Shown in pieces: positions 59,473 through 64,000 of a DNA stretch of 64,000 bases; the stretch's first letter is position 1, and each line of letters begins with the position of its first letter. The translations under genes and the position numbers were made by a program. The notes below the pieces were generated by a model that had not been told where the DNA came from, ran no database searches, and worked only from the letters and a program-made list of their open reading frames with translations. Location of the stretch: IMG/VR virus record IMGVR_UViG_3300046710_000057, positions 22,339 to 86,338 of that record; one strand, 5' to 3'. Source of the stretch: a virus.

Positions 59473-60529
59473 ACTTGGCAAACATATCGTGCCTATACCA
59501 ATTATCCTTGGCGGAATGGGTGTAGGGATAACAGATGGCTATATGGCAGGTATGGCAGCCGAGGAAAGAATTGCCGGTACGATTGCCTCGGTCGGCCTAG
59601 TCCCAAGAAATTGTCCAGGTGCTACTTACGAAATCGAGTGTAGTCATGGTCTCTACAGAGAGATTGGAGTAGCCAGACAAATCTCTCCGAAGGGTATCAT
59701 CGGCGTCAACATCATGGTGGCTCTGACCAACTATGAAGAATTGGTCAAGACTGCCATTGAAGACGACATTGACTACATCATCTCTGGAGCCGGTCTACCT
59801 CTTGCTCTGCCGAAGCTCGTTGGCGAGAGAGGCAAGGATATTGCTCTAATCCCCATCGTTTCGTCTGCTCGTGCTGCCGATCTTATCTGTAAACGTTGGT
59901 GGAGAGACGGACATCTCCCTAATGCTATCATTGTAGAAGGGGCTGCTGCTGGCGGTCACTTGGGCGTGGCGAGGGCTGAGGTGGATACCTGGGGTATGCA
60001 GACGTTAGAAGCGGTTTGTAAAGAAGTTTTGCAGATTGCTAAAGAATGGGAGTTTTCTACTGACATTCATATTCCTGTAATAGCTGCTGGAGGAATATGG
60101 GACGGCAAAGACATTGTTCAAATGTTCAATGCTGGATGCGAAGGTGTTCAGATGGCAACACGGTTCATGGCGACTTCTGAATGCCCATTGGACGGTTCTT
60201 GGAAGCAATGTCTGGTAAACTCGAAGCCGGAAGACATGCTACTTATTGACAGTCCTGTTGGTCTTCCAGGTCGAACTTTAGGCGGCAGATTTGCGAGAGA
60301 AATCCTCGCAGGTGAACATAAACCAATCAACTGTCCTTATCACTGTCTCAAAACGTGTGACCCCAATAAAGCTCAGTTCTGTATTGCTGATGCTTTAATT
60401 GCAGCTAGACATGGCGACCATAAAAACGGATTTGTGATGGCAGGAAAAAACGCTTATCGAATCAACGAGATTGTACCGATTAGGAAACTTGTTCGACAAT
60501 TGGTGCAAGAAGCTGAAACAGCATTATGA
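59447..60529 (+). CDS. FabK/FabX (nitronate monooxygenase-family) flavoprotein with a probable 4Fe-4S cluster
   Basis: GGMGVG, SGAGLP, EG..AGGHLG, AAGGI, QMATRF, C-x3-C-x3-C-x7-C. Confidence 0.85.
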   Translation, partial: ESYKLPSLKLGKHIVPIPIILGGMGVGITDGYMAGMAAEERIAGTIASVGLVPRNCPGATYEIECSHGLYREIGVARQISPKGIIGVNIMVALTNYEELVKTAIEDDIDYIISGAGLPLALPKLVGERGKDIALIPIVSSARAADLICKRWWRDGHLPNAIIVEGAAAGGHLGVARAEVDTWGMQTLEAVCKEVLQIAKEWEFSTDIHIPVIAAGGIWDGKDIVQMFNAGCEGVQMATRFMATSECPLDGSWKQCLVNSKPEDMLLIDSPVGLPGRTLGGRFAREILAGEHKPINCPYHCLKTCDPNKAQFCIADALIAARHGDHKNGFVMAGKNAYRINEIVPIRKLVRQLVQEAETAL

Positions 60530-60984
60530 CACTCGAAGAACGATTGTGGGCAAAAATCAATATAGGTGGTCCTGATGAATGTTGGGAATGGCAAGCTGGT
60601 CGTTATAAAAGTGATTATGGTCAGTTCAAGTTAAACGGTAAAGTAGTTCGTGCTCACCGAGTTGTATGGGAACTTGTCAATAAACAACTAATTCCAGAAG
60701 GGCAATGTGTTCTTCATAGTTGTGACAATCCGCCTTGTTGTAATCCTACTCATTTGTTTCTTGGGAATCACCAGGAAAATATGGACGATATGATTGCCAA
60801 AGGTAGATTCGTTCATCAACCAGGCGAACAAAACGGTAGAGCAAAACTAACTGAGTCTCAAGTTGTTGATATTCGTCAATTATGGACAACCGGCCAATAC
60901 ACGCAGCGGCAATTAGCATATATATATGGTGTATGCCAAAAACAAATCAGCAACATCATTCGCCATAAAAGATGGAGGGGGTAA
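60526..60984 (+). CDS. HNH homing endonuclease with HTH (copy 5)
   Basis: CWEWQAG, AHRV, LHSCDNPPCCNPTHL. Confidence 0.9.
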   Translation: MTLEERLWAKINIGGPDECWEWQAGRYKSDYGQFKLNGKVVRAHRVVWELVNKQLIPEGQCVLHSCDNPPCCNPTHLFLGNHQENMDDMIAKGRFVHQPGEQNGRAKLTESQVVDIRQLWTTGQYTQRQLAYIYGVCQKQISNIIRHKRWRG

Positions 60985-60988
60985 GGAT

Positions 60989-61979
60989 ATGGCTGAGGAA
61001 CTCGTTGACGACTACATCACAGACGAAGATGCTCGTGCTATCACATTGAAGGCTTTGAAGCGAAGCCTTGCCTTTCTTTATCACCAGATTCGACTGGCGG
61101 CTGACCAGCAAAACTTCAAACTATGGCTTGATGACCCTTCTGCTCTGACTGAACTTCATGTCAACCATCTGAGGAGCAAAGGGTTCGAGGTTTGGCCGAC
61201 CGGTGCTGGATTTTGGAAGTGGATGAAACATACAGGATGGTTGATTTCATGGGAGAAGAGAAATGAGGCGGTGGAGAATGTTCAGGAAACGGTATGAGGC
61301 TGAAGTCTTTGAGGATAGTCCGGTCGATGCGTTCTATGCCGAAGAGAGGTTTCGATTTCGATGGTTGGCAGGGTTTTGGGCTAGATATACAATATTGACC
61401 AAATGTAAGGCCATCAGGTCGAGATACTTGATATACCATAGAGGCAAGCTAATCGAGCGTGGGCATTTTGAGTTCGACTGGGGTGGTGGCGAATGGGTCA
61501 TCATCCGAGAGAAGTAAAGGACGACATTCGAGAGATCATCCGTCGCTGTCAAGGCCACGGATGTCCACACGTCGAGAACAAACCGTGTGATACCCAAAAG
61601 CACGACTGCAATCAGTGCATACTCGATTGGGGAACCGCAGAAATCGTAAAGATCATAAAGGAGCAAGGTGATGTTTGAAGCAGGCCAGACAGTTTGTATG
61701 CTACAAGGTGGTCAGGTTGATTCTATTTGTGTGATCGACCGTGTGACGCCCACTATGGCAATCATCAAAACTATCAGATTCAATAAGGAGACCGGATACC
61801 AAATAGGTGATTGTTACCCTCATTGCCAAATCCGCGAGGTAACCCAAAAAGATCGTGACGAGATTCGGCGGCGGATACTGGTGGGGAAGTTGAACCAAAC
61901 GAAGTGGGGGCTGTTGAGCCTAGAAGCTCTGGAAACGATTTGGGGTGTGACTGAACGGTTGCGACAATCACAGCAATGA
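60989..61979 (+). other. Small hypothetical CDSs (about 60989-61297, 61263-61517, 61493-61678, 61668-61979)
   Basis: Coupled ORFs. Confidence 0.5.
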
Positions 61980-62431
61980 CACTCGAAGAACGCTTCTGGT
62001 CAAAAGTTAAGATCGGTAGACCTGACGATTGTTGGGAGTGGCAGGCGAGTCGTACCAAGAAAGGTTATGGTTCGTTTGGAATCACCTCGCGTAAAGTAGT
62101 TGGCGCTCACAGAATAGCTTGGGAATTGACTAATGGCTCCATTCCAGAAGGACTAGAGGTTCTTCATAGTTGTGACAACCCACCTTGTTGTAATCCTGCT
62201 CACTTGTTCCTTGGAACTAAAAAAGACAATCGTATAGATTGTGTCAACAAAAACAGACAAGCAGTGGGTGAACGTCAAGGAAACTCTAAATTGACTGCAT
62301 CTCAGGTTATAGAGATTCGTCAATTGCACGCGGACGGACAATATAATCATCATCAATTAGCAGGTATGTACAACACTACAGCGCCAAACATTTGTTGGAT
62401 TGTCAACAGAAAACGATGGACGCACATCTAG
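61976..62431 (+). CDS. HNH homing endonuclease with HTH (copy 6)
   Basis: RFWSKV, CWEW, LHSCDNPPCCNPAHL. Confidence 0.9.
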   Translation: MTLEERFWSKVKIGRPDDCWEWQASRTKKGYGSFGITSRKVVGAHRIAWELTNGSIPEGLEVLHSCDNPPCCNPAHLFLGTKKDNRIDCVNKNRQAVGERQGNSKLTASQVIEIRQLHADGQYNHHQLAGMYNTTAPNICWIVNRKRWTHI

Positions 62432-63111
62432 GCTTTTACAACTACTATGCAATTGACTATTGATCGTCCTGGTCCGACAATGAACTTCCCTTTATAGAAC
62501 AATCCACTGGACGAACCTCCGTCAATTCCATATGCCGTTGTGCAACCGTAATTCAACAATTGTTTTGCCATATCTCTCAAGTACATTGGTCTGCGAGATA
62601 TTGCAAAAATCAACTTGTTGGACTTTGTTATTGCTATAGCTGTCCTGATTCGGACTGCAAAGTGGACCTTGCCGGTGAACTTCTCTGATGCAGGGTCTAG
62701 TGCGATCTTACCATTCCAAAGTAGACGAGGACCAAGACCGATAATGTTACCTTTGCACTGTCGAGCTAACTGTCGAGACAGGAAGTGGACTTTGTTTCCG
62801 TTGGCAAGGAGATCGTCGCCATAACATCCGTGACGGCCAATCGAGTTGGTCCGAATGTCTCCGATAGGTCTCAGAGTTCGCATACAGAAGAATCCTCCGT
62901 TGATAGCGGCAACTGGTCGAACACGTTTGACCATAGAGCCGAAGGATTCGACACTACACGGCCCTTTGCGTGCGGAGACTATCTGTATATCGACAGTGGG
63001 ACTATTCAAGTTGATTTGCACAATGTTAAGTGCAGAAGTTGTCACTCTGGAAACGTTTTCGGCAAAAACTGTCGAAGGAAGTAAGAAGAGGACAATCAAC
63101 AGCCAGCGCAT
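62428..63111 (-). CDS. Secreted phosphodiester glycosidase (NAGPA-like) protein
   Basis: Signal peptide; AAINGGFF, GPRLL, RTAIA, IDGGSSS. Confidence 0.85.
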   Translation of the reverse strand: MRWLLIVLFLLPSTVFAENVSRVTTSALNIVQINLNSPTVDIQIVSARKGPCSVESFGSMVKRVRPVAAINGGFFCMRTLRPIGDIRTNSIGRHGCYGDDLLANGNKVHFLSRQLARQCKGNIIGLGPRLLWNGKIALDPASEKFTGKVHFAVRIRTAIAITKSNKLIFAISRRPMYLRDMAKQLLNYGCTTAYGIDGGSSSGLFYKGKFIVGPGRSIVNCIVVVKA

Positions 63112-63183
63112 AATAACACGCTCCTTTTTCGCTGCATATACTTTGTTATACTACGCAGGCGGCAGAACGGAGTATAGAATACT

Positions 63184-64000
63184 ATGAGTAGGAGAGATGG
63201 ACTACAACTGAACGGTGTTGCCCCAGGCGCAATTGAGTTGCCTGAGAAACGATGGGAGCATGGTGTCTTTTTTGACAACAAAAATGGAACTTGTGCTTTC
63301 ATAATTTCTGCATTTGTCAATTACAAAGATGTCAACAACGTCTGGCAAGAGATAGACAACAGATGGGAACCTGGAACCTGGCACGTCAGTAGCGAGGACT
63401 GGGACTACCGAATGGTGCAATGTGGCTATCGAGCTTACGTCAAGAGTAAGTTTGATGTTGGTGGTTCTTTGTTACGGCTGGAAAAGGATACTCACTGGCT
63501 TGAGTATAACCCTCGTGATCTACTTTGGGCAACCGATGGCGAAGACGAAGCTCTAGTAAAACACCCTCAACCTATCTACGCTACGAAAACAGACATCGGT
63601 GCTGATTCTCTCGTCCAGCAAGGATACCTTGACTGGATTAACGCCTATGGCGCAGGCATCAGTTTTAGATATACTCCTTCGACTCACTTCTTCGCAAAGG
63701 AACTCACAATCAACAGTCTGGCCGAACTTGGGACTCCGCCGACTCGTATCTCAACCAAACCAGGAGCTTGCTTGCAACTTGGATGGATGTTCAGTAGTGA
63801 CCTTGATCTCTATGTCGATGGAGTGATATGGGACAAGACAACGAAGAAGGACACTGGGGCTGCTGTTGTCTTCAAAGATGTCGGCGGAAATACGATTTGG
63901 AGTTGGGAAAATCCAACGGCGACTGACGCAGCAGGGAATACCGTTGCTGGAACTATCAGACTGATCAAGAGAGGAACGAATCTCTACAGTGTCTCGATTC
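63184..64000 (+). CDS. Large protein, N-terminal part (possible virion or surface protein; runs off window)
   Basis: Open frame MSRRDGLQL...ELPEKR...FDNKNGT...YKD..NVWQEID, like N-termini of large wall-associated/RHS-type proteins. Confidence 0.6.
   Translation, partial: MSRRDGLQLNGVAPGAIELPEKRWEHGVFFDNKNGTCAFIISAFVNYKDVNNVWQEIDNRWEPGTWHVSSEDWDYRMVQCGYRAYVKSKFDVGGSLLRLEKDTHWLEYNPRDLLWATDGEDEALVKHPQPIYATKTDIGADSLVQQGYLDWINAYGAGISFRYTPSTHFFAKELTINSLAELGTPPTRISTKPGACLQLGWMFSSDLDLYVDGVIWDKTTKKDTGAAVVFKDVGGNTIWSWENPTATDAAGNTVAGTIRLIKRGTNLYSVSI

Noticed and set aside
63260-63280. Programmed frameshift at the T6 run
   Set aside because: Careful counting shows the frame from ATG 63184 reads GTC TTT TTT GAC without a shift.
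1-64000. Stop-codon reassignment, DGR or retron
   Set aside because: Long genes are intact in code 11, and no reverse transcriptase or TR/VR pair was seen.

Overview
This window is part of a large dsDNA tailed-phage genome (inference: dense phage-type genes, no host housekeeping operons). It has two arms transcribed divergently from a non-coding, repeat-bearing switch at about 51.7-52.3 kb. The minus arm (1-51.7 kb) carries many small early ORFs, a large RNA-gene region and a replication and nucleotide-metabolism block. The RNA genes are four tRNAs, a degenerate tRNA-Ile, a tmRNA, a 6S-like RNA, tRNA-mimics and an approximately 820-nt ornate non-coding stretch. The replication block has a SNF2 helicase, DnaC-like loader, DnaB, primase, sigma factor, UDG, dCMP deaminase, SSB, a DnaE split into two genes, a DNA methylase and dUTPase. 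The plus arm (52.3-64 kb) has small ORFs, Nudix, HNH endonucleases and the start of a large, probably virion, protein. Most notable: (1) dispersed type II fatty-acid genes (fabF, fabG, a fabX/fabK-like flavoprotein) plus two ACP homologues whose phosphopantetheine Ser is replaced by Glu or Asp; (2) a 55-aa protein that is only a signal peptide plus a PEP-CTERM-like sorting signal; (3) many structured RNAs, several flanked by tRNA-like modules, and a tmRNA whose tag lacks the usual C-terminal Ala-Ala. All family assignments and RNA folds were made by eye from motifs. No database search or folding program was run.
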